Assembly: GCA_016186695.1 (NCBI GenBank)
Contig: JACPLC010000001.1
Span: 32,284-96,283, forward strand
Direction of reading: 5' to 3'
Length of the DNA: 64,000 nucleotides
Origin: Candidatus Kaiserbacteria bacterium
Lineage (GTDB): Bacteria; Patescibacteriota; Minisyncoccia; Phycocordibacterales; UBA2100
Within the stretch, counting starts at the first letter, position 1. Each line of letters opens with the position of its first letter. The position numbers were made by a program, and so were the translations under genes. Below the pieces are notes generated by a model, which did no database searches, was not told the DNA's origin, and saw nothing but the letters and a program-made list of their open reading frames with translations. Of the stretch, positions 29,276 to 38,229 are shown one piece after another.

Positions 29276-29845
29276 TTATGGTGGTCGGGGCGTAGTTGTT
29301 GTGCTCTCGCGATTCCTGTGATTGTAAGCGAAGACCGCGCTCAAGACGGTGACGGGCACAAGGTGTGCCAACCACGTTGCTATGAACGCCCTCGCATGGA
29401 TCAACGGCCAGGTGTTTTGCCATCCGCCACATTTCAGGAAGATGAGCGAAAGGATGAATCCGCCGAGACATGCGGCGATCCGCGTCTGCATAGGCAGATG
29501 GTGGTGCGGCGGCAGGAATCCTTGGGCTATTGCGACCGCAACTGCGGATGCAATAACGTTGAGGTCATCGGCTGAATAGTACACGGTCGCCGTCATCAGG
29601 ATGCCCTGGTAGAAGATGGTCTCGCCGAGGACGAAGAGGGTGAGTTTCCACGCCCGCCCCATCTGACCGTCTTCGGAAACCGTGAGCGACCGTTCGTACA
29701 TGACAGCGGCCGGGTTACTGCCCCCATGCGCGAATGCGATACCCGCCATCGCGATACCGCCCATGAGGGCGACCGCGGTGAGCTCCAGCCAATCGTCCAG
29801 ACTTGTCGGCTCATGCCTGAGCCATTCCATGATTGTTTCGATCAT
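29276..29845 (-). CDS. Polytopic membrane protein, possibly CPBP (CAAX-protease-like) family
   Basis: 5-6 TM helices, with ETIFYQG and FAYNHRN that weakly resemble CPBP motifs 1 and 3. Confidence 0.45.
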   Translation of the reverse strand: MIETIMEWLRHEPTSLDDWLELTAVALMGGIAMAGIAFAHGGSNPAAVMYERSLTVSEDGQMGRAWKLTLFVLGETIFYQGILMTATVYYSADDLNVIASAVAVAIAQGFLPPHHHLPMQTRIAACLGGFILSLIFLKCGGWQNTWPLIHARAFIATWLAHLVPVTVLSAVFAYNHRNRESTTTTPRPP

Positions 29846-30307
29846 GTTCCACTCCCTGTTTCAATGAACCCACTGCATTATATTCCGTTGGTAAGACTTT
29901 TTGTTCGGGGAATTCCCTCCTTCGTCCGTCACACGCATTGCGTGTGTTGGACTTCGGACGGGCAGGCGGCGGAAAATTTGAAAATGAGAAGGCCGCGCGC
30001 TGTTTCTACAGCGCCTCAATAGAGCCAAAATCTGGCGGCTTGCCAAAGCCGTGGGGAGGAGTACCGTTTAAACATGGTTACCCATCTAAAAATCGATGCA
30101 CTTATCAGTCTTACTATCATTTTTCTCTCTCTGTTTGCGTTTGCGTCGATGGCGGATGCAAGGACAGTGCCGAGTTTCAAGTCCATGGTGGAGCGGTCCA
30201 GCATGTCTGATTTATATCAGGCGCCTGCCGACCCGTCTTCGTCCAGAACCTGCAGGTAATAATCACCTGTTACAATTGGTAATTATTAATATCCAGTTGT
30301 GAGCCTT

Positions 30308-30430
30308 ATGGACGAAGAGTTTTGCGATTGCGGTCCGCACAGTACGTGCAAGCCCGGTGACGAAACCTGCGATGGCTGTGGAAAGAAGTGCCGCCCGAAT
30401 GCCTCAAAAATAGAGGAGGGAGAGGAATAG
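30308..30430 (+). CDS. 40-aa Cys-rich peptide (6 Cys: CxCx5Cx6CxxCx3C) followed by an acidic tail, immediately upstream of rpsJ
   Basis: The ORF is not in the 60-aa-or-longer track. Translation: MDEEFCDCGPHSTCKPGDETCDGCGKKCRPNASKIEEGEE. A GGAGGGAG motif follows its stop and serves as the rpsJ ribosome-binding site. Confidence 0.35.
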   Translation: MDEEFCDCGPHSTCKPGDETCDGCGKKCRPNASKIEEGEE

Positions 30431-30476
30431 GGAATGTTGCGTTCTACCCATAGATAGGGCATACTCTGCGGGTTCT

Positions 30477-30983
30477 ATGACAGCGGAAGGGAAAGTAAAA
30501 CCTGCCCGTACCGAAACGGTACGTTCGGGCGGGAAGGTGCAGAAGCCCCGCGCCTCCGCCAAAGGCGGATCCGCCTCGGGCGGAAAAAAGGCGGCAACAC
30601 CTGCCGCACCTTCCGTTGCACCAACTCGTGCACCCGCCAGAGGCCGGTCCTCCTCCGGAGGAAAAAAGGCTGAAACCGCACATCGCCTGCGCATCAAAGT
30701 GCGCGCCTACGAGCACGGTGTTTTGGACAATTCGGTGAAGCAGATCATCGACACCGCTGCCCGCTACAATGCGCACATCATCGGCCCCGTTCCACTCCCT
30801 ATCGATATCAAGAAGTACACGGTGAACCGCGCGGCTTTCATCGACAAAGACTCGCGTGAGCAGTTCGAGATGCGCATTCACAAACGCATGATAGATATTT
30901 TGAATCCTGCGCCGAAAGTAATCGAAGCACTCACCAACATCGATTTGCCTTCCGGTGTCTCCATCGACGTGAAGATGATGTGA
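30477..30983 (+). CDS. rpsJ: 30S ribosomal protein S10 with an N-terminal Lys/Ala/Gly-rich extension of about 65 aa
   Basis: The C-terminal 100 aa (RLRIKVRAYEH...GPVPLP...HKRMIDI) are canonical S10. The N-terminus reads KVKPARTETVRSGGKVQKPRASAKGGSASGGKKAATPAAPS... Confidence 0.85.
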   Translation: MTAEGKVKPARTETVRSGGKVQKPRASAKGGSASGGKKAATPAAPSVAPTRAPARGRSSSGGKKAETAHRLRIKVRAYEHGVLDNSVKQIIDTAARYNAHIIGPVPLPIDIKKYTVNRAAFIDKDSREQFEMRIHKRMIDILNPAPKVIEALTNIDLPSGVSIDVKMM

Positions 30984-30988
30984 GATGT

Positions 30989-31022
30989 CTGCCCCGTTGG
31001 AAGCGAAGCTTTCCAACTGGGG
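30989..31022. repeat. Copy C of the hairpin repeat, 5 nt after the rpsJ stop
   Basis: ctgccccgttggaagcgaagctttccaactgggg. Confidence 0.6.
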
Positions 31023-31044
31023 TAAAAAAATGTAAAGGTTTTCC

Positions 31045-31080
31045 ACACGAGAGCCTGCCCCGAAGGGGCAGGCTCTCGTG
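31045..31080. repeat. Perfect 16-bp hairpin cacgagagcctgcccc-gaa-ggggcaggctctcgtg
   Basis: Read from the sequence. It lies directly upstream of ATG 31090. Confidence 0.5.
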
Positions 31081-31089
31081 TCATATATA

Positions 31090-32538
31090 ATGAGTTCGAT
31101 GCTACGCTCTACTGGCTTATGGGTATCCACGTTAGCGATTGCCGCTTTTCTGCTCGGCTTTTCGCTCGCGCATGCTGCGAGTACCATATGGAGCACTACG
31201 TTCACGGGCGGCTGTTGGAGTTGCCAGCAGGATGTGCCGACCGGTGTCTGGGGTTCGGCCATTAACGGTCAGGTACAGGTAGAGTATCTTGCAGAAATTG
31301 AACGTCTTACTGCAGACGGCAGCCCGACAGGTATTCTCATTCTTCCGGGAGATTCTATTCCCGTCGGGACAAAAATGAAACTGAAGTTTGTTCCGCACCA
31401 CTACACCCATATCTCATGGTTTGCGACCGGCTCCGCCTGGGATTCTCCGTATGGTTGTTGGAAGGAAGAAGGGTTTAGGCTGGGAGGAAACAGTGCTTAC
31501 GGTGAGTCCGGTGTGTGCACCGGAGAGCTAATTACGGTTTCGATAAGTGTTGACCAATCGTTTCTGTATGGCAGTTTGGTTTTTGCAGTAGTTGTTGATC
31601 CCCCGAGTAAATCTGTACAGGGATACCAATCGCATCTCTCGTGTCAGAGTGCAGGCGGAGGCGATCTGAATTGCACGGCGACGAATCCCGGAGAAGTCGA
31701 GCCGCAGTTTGTTTTCTCGCAGACGCCATGGAGTGGATACGAATCCGGTGCGCCGGGAGGAGGTCAGAGTGTCGGGGGATTCGTACCTGAACGAACCATT
31801 CCATACCCTATAACAATCACCGACGTTGCTCCTTCGGCCACTCCGGATCCCGAATGTACGGGTGATTGTGTTCCGGGGTCTCCCTCGAAGCCGACTGTGT
31901 CTCCTGTAGTTGTTTCCGGTTCAGCGCAATGTACTGTCGGTATTGGCTACTCAATTTCAATCACAGCCTCCGACCCCGACGGTGACGACATCAAGTACGG
32001 AGTGGACTGGGACGCAAATGGCACGGTGGACCAGTTTGCCCCTGCGACGGGCTACGTCCCCTCAGGCACAAGCCAGACAGTCTCACGCACATACGCCACA
32101 GAGGGCTCGAAGACCGTGAAGGTGATGGCAATAGATGACAACGGTCTCACCTCAAGCTGGACCACTCTCACCTTCTCCTGCACTGACGAAGGAAGCGAAG
32201 CACAAGGAGCAGGCGAGAACCTCGGAGACGACGAGGATACAGGAGGTGGAGGAGACAGTGGAGCCACCCCCAACCTCACGATCCGTGCTATTCCTTCACT
32301 CGTCAGATCCGGTGAGACCACCAAGCTCCACTGGAGTGCCTCCAACGTCACTGCCTGCACCGTCACCGGCGAGAACGGCGACAGCTTCGAAGGCACTATA
32401 TCCGACGAACCAACAGGGAACGAAACCTCTCCCATCACCGCCCAAACCACCTACACCCTCTCCTGCGAGGACGACGATGGCAACACCCTCACGCAATCCA
32501 CAACCGTGAACATCCTTCCTGTGTGGAGTGAGTTTTAA
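31090..32538 (+). CDS. Secreted protein with signal peptide and PKD/Ig-like domain (the listed GTG at 31078 is replaced by ATG 31090)
   Basis: Signal MSSMLRSTGLWVSTLAIAAFLLGFSLAHA. The PKD-like sequence ITASDPDGDDIKYGVDWDANGTVDQ...TVKVMAIDDNGLTSS is present. Confidence 0.65.
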   Translation: MSSMLRSTGLWVSTLAIAAFLLGFSLAHAASTIWSTTFTGGCWSCQQDVPTGVWGSAINGQVQVEYLAEIERLTADGSPTGILILPGDSIPVGTKMKLKFVPHHYTHISWFATGSAWDSPYGCWKEEGFRLGGNSAYGESGVCTGELITVSISVDQSFLYGSLVFAVVVDPPSKSVQGYQSHLSCQSAGGGDLNCTATNPGEVEPQFVFSQTPWSGYESGAPGGGQSVGGFVPERTIPYPITITDVAPSATPDPECTGDCVPGSPSKPTVSPVVVSGSAQCTVGIGYSISITASDPDGDDIKYGVDWDANGTVDQFAPATGYVPSGTSQTVSRTYATEGSKTVKVMAIDDNGLTSSWTTLTFSCTDEGSEAQGAGENLGDDEDTGGGGDSGATPNLTIRAIPSLVRSGETTKLHWSASNVTACTVTGENGDSFEGTISDEPTGNETSPITAQTTYTLSCEDDDGNTLTQSTTVNILPVWSEF

Positions 32539-32557
32539 GGTGTATTATTCAAGTCAC

Positions 32558-34045
32558 ATGTCAAGATACATGCTCTTTGCGAAACGATCACTGATTCTTT
32601 TAGGAGCGATGGGCGTCGCGGTGTTTCTCATGCTCGCTTCGTTCGCGTATGCGCAAAGCCCCACTTCTGGTGATTCGATCGAGAATTTTCCTGGTCCGTC
32701 GAGTGTTGCAGCGCCCACAGGCACCGTAAACTGCTTCGACTACTACCGGTTTGGTTCCGTGCAGGCCAACATCGCCGCGCAAACCTCGTCGGCTGTTTCC
32801 GGCACCCCCATTACCTTTACCGGCACGCTCGAAAATCAAAACTCGTATCCCATCATCGACGGCGCGCTCTATGTCAAAGTGTTCCGCCTGCGCGACAACC
32901 CGCGCGAGAAAAACGTGAACGGTCCCTTTGTCGTCGATCAGTTCTTCGTGCGCGACGGTATCAATCTTCCTGCGGGCGGACGCATGCCCCTCATCTTTAC
33001 CTGGGACATACCGAGCTACACCCCGAGCGGCCGCTATGAAGTCGCCACCTTCTTCACGACTTCGAAGAAGTACAACCTTCTCGGCCTCTCGTTCACTGAC
33101 GACGTAGTAGGAAACCGCGCCGGATTCAGCGTTGTCGGTGAGATACGCGACATCGTTGCGTTCGACAAAGACAAGGTTTCGGTAGCAGGCGGCACGTATC
33201 GTTTCGCGGCGTTTCCTCCGCGTGTCAGCACAACAGCCCCGGTGCCCATTGAGGCAGTCGTCATGAATGAAACTGATACCGATGCGCACGTCTCAATCCG
33301 CTGGCAGGCATATGCGTGGGATCAGGGCCGCTTTGAAAACCTTGTCGCGCAGGATACGCAGTCGGTGATCGTGCCAAAAAACGGCACTGCGCGCGCATCG
33401 TATACGGTGACGGATGCGCGCTACCCCGTCTACCTCGTCGTGGGCACGCTCTCATGGCAGAACACGCAATCTGTTATCAATGTCCGTTTTGTGCGAGAGG
33501 GAATAGACCGCACACGCATCAACTTTCCCGGTATCACTGCTTTCCCGCTCGTTGCAGGGGAGGCCACGACCCTCTTCTCGTGTTTGCACAACAGCGGCGA
33601 GAGCGCGGTCGTAAAAAACGGCAGGCTTGAGCTCAAGCTCTCGGGCGGGTGGGGAAGGACGATACACGAGTATGTCTACGAAGGAGACGTGACGGGCGCC
33701 ATGATGGGAGTAGCCGACGTGTTCACGCCAAAGACCGGCTACAACGCTCTCACTCTCGACGCGATGCTCTACCAAGACGGTGTTCTCGTTGACGAGGCGC
33801 ATCTCACCTACGACTGCGCAGCCATCGATCCATCGTCCTGTCTTCCCGACAGCGAAACAAGAGGTGCGTTTACCCTGTTCTCATTCGCCGGTGACTCATC
33901 GCTCCCCGCAATTATCGGGTCGGCGCTCGTCATCCTTCTCCTTGCGCTCCTTGCCGCGGCACTTCTGCGACGTCTCGGGAAGAACAGGGACATACCGCCC
34001 CCACCCCCACCCCCACCTCCACCTCCGGCATTTCCGACCCAGTGA
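32558..34045 (+). CDS. Cell-surface protein with N-terminal signal, C-terminal TM anchor and poly-proline tail
   Basis: Signal MSRYMLFAKRSLILLGAMGVAVFLMLASFAYA. C-terminal IIGSALVILLLALLAAALL RRLGKNRDIPPPPPPPPPPPAFPTQ. Confidence 0.65.
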   Translation: MSRYMLFAKRSLILLGAMGVAVFLMLASFAYAQSPTSGDSIENFPGPSSVAAPTGTVNCFDYYRFGSVQANIAAQTSSAVSGTPITFTGTLENQNSYPIIDGALYVKVFRLRDNPREKNVNGPFVVDQFFVRDGINLPAGGRMPLIFTWDIPSYTPSGRYEVATFFTTSKKYNLLGLSFTDDVVGNRAGFSVVGEIRDIVAFDKDKVSVAGGTYRFAAFPPRVSTTAPVPIEAVVMNETDTDAHVSIRWQAYAWDQGRFENLVAQDTQSVIVPKNGTARASYTVTDARYPVYLVVGTLSWQNTQSVINVRFVREGIDRTRINFPGITAFPLVAGEATTLFSCLHNSGESAVVKNGRLELKLSGGWGRTIHEYVYEGDVTGAMMGVADVFTPKTGYNALTLDAMLYQDGVLVDEAHLTYDCAAIDPSSCLPDSETRGAFTLFSFAGDSSLPAIIGSALVILLLALLAAALLRRLGKNRDIPPPPPPPPPPPAFPTQ

Positions 34046-34122
34046 TCCTAAAGAGCTAAAGAGCGCGTTGTCAACACGTCGGGAACTTCCCGCGCGGGTT
34101 GAAGATTTTGCGCAGTATACTA

Positions 34123-34590
34123 ATGCATATGTATACGAAGGCCACGCGAAGAGGTGCGGCGTTCCTCGTTGCCCTCATACTTCTCATGGGATTTGTGACG
34201 CTTGCGTTCGCGCAGGATAGCACTGATCTGCAGGCAACGATCCGTGCAGCAATTCTTTCTGATCCGCGTTCATCCGGTATGACCGAAGAAGAGATCGACG
34301 CGATGGTGGCAGCACTTGCCTCGGAAGCAGAAATGCAGGGCGTTACCTCCCAAGATATCATGTGGCGGCCGCAGGATCCGGCTTCTTTCGACGAGGTCGG
34401 AAGTGGCTCGGGTGAAACGTGCGGGTACTCCGCATTCCTCTGTGCTCTGAACGATGCATTTGGCTTCAGCGGCTCCCCACTCATCATCCCGCTCTTGCTC
34501 GGGGTTTGCTCCGCACTTCTTCTTTTTGTTCTCGGTTCCATTCTCCTGCACACGCACGGTCACCACCCCGTACGCGGCTCGCTCTCGTAG
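34123..34590 (+). CDS. Small secreted/membrane protein (signal plus C-terminal TM helix)
   Basis: The listed start was TTG. The ATG at 34123 gives MHMYTKATRRGAAFLVALILLMGFVTLAFA. A C-terminal hydrophobic helix and an HTHGHH sequence follow. Confidence 0.45.
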   Translation: MHMYTKATRRGAAFLVALILLMGFVTLAFAQDSTDLQATIRAAILSDPRSSGMTEEEIDAMVAALASEAEMQGVTSQDIMWRPQDPASFDEVGSGSGETCGYSAFLCALNDAFGFSGSPLIIPLLLGVCSALLLFVLGSILLHTHGHHPVRGSLS

Positions 34591-34729
34591 CTCCGGCTTT
34601 GCATAGCGGCGGATGCCGTGTATACTCTTCGCACCTCTGTAAAGAGGTCCCATGTCCCCCAGAATAATGATGTGGCGGGGACCACTGGCAAGGCTTGAAA
34701 GGCCGCGCTAGTGCGCGGTTTTCAGTTAT

Positions 34730-35344
34730 ATGGCAAACAAATTTATACTCGGTACCAAGGGTCGCATGACCCAGATTTTTGATGATTCCGGCCGCGTGAC
34801 ACCGGGGACCATCGTGGCCGCCGGTCCGCTTGCGGTGACGCAGGTAAAAAGCGTTGAAAAAGACGGCTATGCGGCAGTACAGGTCGGCTTTGGCAGCAGG
34901 AAGGAAAAAAATCTGAGCGCGGCAGTGAAAGGTCACTTGAAAGGTCTCGGTATGTTCCGCTACCTGCGTGAATTCGCGCCCGATGCAGCACTTGAGCGCG
35001 GTGCGTCGATCGATGTTTCCGTGTTTGCTCCCGGCGACGTTGTTGCAGTCTCTGCGATCTCGAAAGGCAAAGGGTTCCAAGGCGTCGTTAAGCGTCATGG
35101 CTTCCACGGAGGTCCGCGTTCTCACGGGCAGAAGAACAAAGAGCGTGCGCCGGGTTCTATCGGCGGTGGCGGTCGTGCGGGAGCGCGCGTCGTGAAGGGT
35201 ATGCGCATGGGTGGTCGTATGGGCGGCGTGCGCGTGACGGTCAAAAATCTACGCATTCTGCAAGTCGATACTGCATCGAATACGCTTGTCATTTCCGGCG
35301 CTATTCCCGGTGCGCCCGGCACGCTTGTCGAGATAGAAGGATAG
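34730..35344 (+). CDS. rplC: 50S ribosomal protein L3
   Basis: L3 family sequence, 204 aa. Confidence 0.95.
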   Translation: MANKFILGTKGRMTQIFDDSGRVTPGTIVAAGPLAVTQVKSVEKDGYAAVQVGFGSRKEKNLSAAVKGHLKGLGMFRYLREFAPDAALERGASIDVSVFAPGDVVAVSAISKGKGFQGVVKRHGFHGGPRSHGQKNKERAPGSIGGGGRAGARVVKGMRMGGRMGGVRVTVKNLRILQVDTASNTLVISGAIPGAPGTLVEIEG

Positions 35345-35352
35345 ATATACGT

Positions 35353-36015
35353 ATGGAAGCAACAATTTACAACAAAGAAGGAAAGAAGAGTGGCTCTGTG
35401 AATTTGCCGGAGAACGTTTTTGGGGTCGCATGGAATGACGCTCTCATGCATCAAGTCGTGACTTCGATGCAGGGCAACGCTCGGCCTCGTGTTGCACACA
35501 CGAAGGGTCGTGGCGACGTGCGAGGCGGCGGCAGAAAACCGTGGCGACAGAAAGGTACGGGACGTGCGCGGCACGGTTCGATCCGCTCTCCGATCTGGCG
35601 AGGTGGCGGAGTGACGCATGGCCCGCGAAGTGAAAAGAACTATTCCCGGACGATCCCGAGGGGGATGCGCTCAAAAGCGCTCTTTATGGCACTCTCCCGA
35701 AAGCTGAAAGACAACGAGGTGATTTTTATTGATTCGTTCGGTATGAAGGAGCCAAAGACAGCGCTTGCGAAAAAGACCCTCGCAGCGCTCTCAAAAGCTG
35801 GTTTCGAGCGGATGGTAGGCAAGAGGAAAAATGCGGCCCTCGTTGCACTTTCGAGTATCTCGGAGGGGGTGGTGAAAAGTTTCCGGAATATCGGGAGTGT
35901 CTCATGTATGCCGGTTTCAGACCTCAATCCCGTTGCCGTTCTCTCAAATTCCTACCTCGTCATCGAAAATCCGGAAGCGGCACTTCCGATTTTGAGCGCG
36001 CGTGGCAAAAAATAA
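35353..36015 (+). CDS. rplD: 50S ribosomal protein L4
   Basis: L4 family sequence. Confidence 0.95.
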   Translation: MEATIYNKEGKKSGSVNLPENVFGVAWNDALMHQVVTSMQGNARPRVAHTKGRGDVRGGGRKPWRQKGTGRARHGSIRSPIWRGGGVTHGPRSEKNYSRTIPRGMRSKALFMALSRKLKDNEVIFIDSFGMKEPKTALAKKTLAALSKAGFERMVGKRKNAALVALSSISEGVVKSFRNIGSVSCMPVSDLNPVAVLSNSYLVIENPEAALPILSARGKK

Positions 36016-36017
36016 GT

Positions 36018-36422
36018 ATGGCACTATTCCAACGAAAGAAAAAAGAACCCGCCGACACTGCTCCGTCGGAGAGCAAAAAGATGGAGAAAAAGGCAGAGAA
36101 ACCTGCTATCGCAGTCTCTTCGCGGGAAATCTCCGGCACGGGAGGTATGTCTGACATTCTAAAGAATCCGCGGATTACCGAAAAGGCGACAGCGCACGGT
36201 GAGCTCGGCGTCTACACCTTTGACGTTGCTGAGGTTGCGACAAAGCGCTCTGTAGCCGGCGCGATCGCCGCCCTCTACAAAGTAACGCCGAGAAAAGTCC
36301 GCATCGTGACGGTTCCTTCAAAGATGAAGCGCTCAGTGCGCACCGGAGCTCGGGGTGTTTCCCGGGGTGGCAAGAAGGCGTATGTATACCTTAAAAAGGG
36401 TGACACTATAACCATTTCTTAG
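36018..36422 (+). CDS. rplW: 50S ribosomal protein L23 with an N-terminal K/E-rich extension
   Basis: The ATG at 36018 is in frame with ORF 35904..36422. The C-terminal 95 aa are canonical L23. Confidence 0.9.
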   Translation: MALFQRKKKEPADTAPSESKKMEKKAEKPAIAVSSREISGTGGMSDILKNPRITEKATAHGELGVYTFDVAEVATKRSVAGAIAALYKVTPRKVRIVTVPSKMKRSVRTGARGVSRGGKKAYVYLKKGDTITIS

Positions 36423-36447
36423 TTCGACAAGCTCACTACAAGTACTT

Positions 36448-37290
36448 ATGAAGACATACAAACCCGTAACAAAAAGCTCTCGTGGGAAGACAACCATCGA
36501 GTATCGCAAATTCTTGAGCGGACATAAGCCGCTGAAGGCGCTCACAAAGGGAAAACGCCACTCAGGCGGACGGAACAGCTTTGGGCGCATCACGATGCGA
36601 CACAAAGGTGGTGGGCATAAGAAGACGTATCGCCTTGTTGATTTTACCTACGATAAAAAGAACATCCCTGCAAAGATCGCAAGCATTGAGTACGATCCTT
36701 TCAGGAGTGCCTTCATCGGTCTTGCGAGCTACGCCGATGGCGAGAAGCGCTACGTTGTGGTACCGCGCACGTGTGCGGTCGGCGACACGTTCATTGTGTC
36801 TGAAAATGCCCCTGCAACGACGGGGAATCGTTTGCCGCTCGCAAACATTCCCGTCGGCACGTTCGTCTACAACATCGAATTAAAGCCGGGTGCGGGCGCC
36901 CGCCTCGCGCGTGCCGCGGGCAACTACTGTGAAATTGTTGCGCAGGACGCGGGCTACACCCACATCAAGCTCCCTTCGACGGAGGTGCGACGCGTACTTA
37001 GTACTTCGTGGGCGTCTGTGGGGGAAGCTTCGAATGAGGAACATCGGCTTGTAAATATCGGAAAGGCGGGGAGAAGTCGCTGGATGGGCGTGAGACCCAC
37101 GGTGCGCGGCAGCGCGATGAATCCGGTTGATCACCCGCACGGCGGCGGTGAAGGCCGCGCGGGCCGGGGCAGTCGCAGGCAGCGGACACTCTGGGGCAGG
37201 CCTGCAGGGAAAGGACAGAAAACGCGCCGGCCGAAAAAGTACTCCAATGTTTTTATCGTTTCGCGCAGAAAGGTTGGAAAACGCGCGTAA
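36448..37290 (+). CDS. rplB: 50S ribosomal protein L2
   Basis: L2 family sequence, 280 aa. Confidence 0.95.
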   Translation: MKTYKPVTKSSRGKTTIEYRKFLSGHKPLKALTKGKRHSGGRNSFGRITMRHKGGGHKKTYRLVDFTYDKKNIPAKIASIEYDPFRSAFIGLASYADGEKRYVVVPRTCAVGDTFIVSENAPATTGNRLPLANIPVGTFVYNIELKPGAGARLARAAGNYCEIVAQDAGYTHIKLPSTEVRRVLSTSWASVGEASNEEHRLVNIGKAGRSRWMGVRPTVRGSAMNPVDHPHGGGEGRAGRGSRRQRTLWGRPAGKGQKTRRPKKYSNVFIVSRRKVGKRA

Positions 37291-37313
37291 TTTCTGTATA
37301 GTTGCTCACTTGT

Positions 37314-37670
37314 ATGTCCCGATCACTCAAAAAAGGCCCGTATGTCGACGAAAAGCTGATGAAAAAAATCAGCGCCCGAAAGCCTGCACAAGGCTCTATA
37401 AAGACGTGGGCACGTGCATCGCAGATCCCGCCGGAGTTCGTCGGCTACACATTTGCCGTACATACGGGAAAGAGCTTCGAGGAAGTCTTCGTGACCGAAG
37501 ATATGGTGGGGCATCGCCTCGGCGAATTTGCACCGACAACAAAGTTCATCAAGCACGGCGGTCGTATGCAGAAGGAAGCAGAAATGGCCGCAAAGGCTGC
37601 TGAAATCACAGCGGCGCAGGCCGCTAAGGCAACTACCGAGGCGGCAAAAGCTCCCGCAGCCCCCAAATAG
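37314..37670 (+). CDS. rpsS: 30S ribosomal protein S19 with a C-terminal Ala/Lys-rich tail (the listed TTG at 37302 is replaced by ATG 37314)
   Basis: [18 protein letters not shown] is the S19 N-terminus. The tail reads [30 protein letters not shown]. Confidence 0.9.
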   Translation: MSRSLKKGPYVDEKLMKKISARKPAQGSIKTWARASQIPPEFVGYTFAVHTGKSFEEVFVTEDMVGHRLGEFAPTTKFIKHGGRMQKEAEMAAKAAEITAAQAAKATTEAAKAPAAPK

Positions 37671-37671
37671 T

Positions 37672-37825
37672 CTATGCCCGGTAGTGAAATGTGCCTTAGG
37701 CTTACACAAATTATGAAAACAAATAACGAATACATACAAAGTGCAATGAGTGGGAATCGGTCGCTCACGCCGCGGCAGCACGGCATGCCGGCTGCCGCAA
37801 AGGCACATTCTACTAACCGGGTATG
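37672..37825 (+). mobile_element. MITE-like or structured inverted-repeat insertion of about 150 nt between rpsS and rplV. Its terminal arms are tatgcccggtagt... / ...actaaccgggtatg, and the right arm ends at the rplV ATG.
   Basis: A long stem of about 22 bp (atgcccggtagtgaaatgtgcc / ggcacattctactaaccgggtat) encloses about 105 nt. A second copy with the same termini lies at 43384-43526. Confidence 0.55.
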
Positions 37826-38218
37826 AAAGCGCTCCTGAAAAATTATCACCAATCGCCGCGCAAAGTGCGGCTCGTCGCCGATTTGATACGTGGCAAGTCG
37901 ATCGCGGATGCGCGAGCGGCGCTCCTCTATCTTCCCAAAAAATCTTCTCCTGTGCTTGGCAAACTTCTCGATTCGGCTGTCGCAAATGCGCGCAGCCGCG
38001 GAGCCACGGCCGAAAATCTTTTCGTAAAAACGATAACGGTCGACAAAGGTGCGGTGCTGCGCCGCTATCGCCCGTTCGCTCGCGGGAGAGCAGGCAGCGT
38101 CCGAAAGACAATGAGCATTATTCGGCTTGAACTGGGGACCGCGTCTCCTCCGAATGCAGCTTCGGCGGGCAAAGCCGGCAAAAAGAAATCTTCCTCGAAG
38201 CTAAACGCTAAACGCTAA
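37823..38218 (+). CDS. rplV: 50S ribosomal protein L22 with a K/A/S-rich C-terminal tail
   Basis: L22 family sequence. Confidence 0.9.
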   Translation: MKALLKNYHQSPRKVRLVADLIRGKSIADARAALLYLPKKSSPVLGKLLDSAVANARSRGATAENLFVKTITVDKGAVLRRYRPFARGRAGSVRKTMSIIRLELGTASPPNAASAGKAGKKKSSSKLNAKR

Positions 38219-38229
38219 ACGCTATTTCT

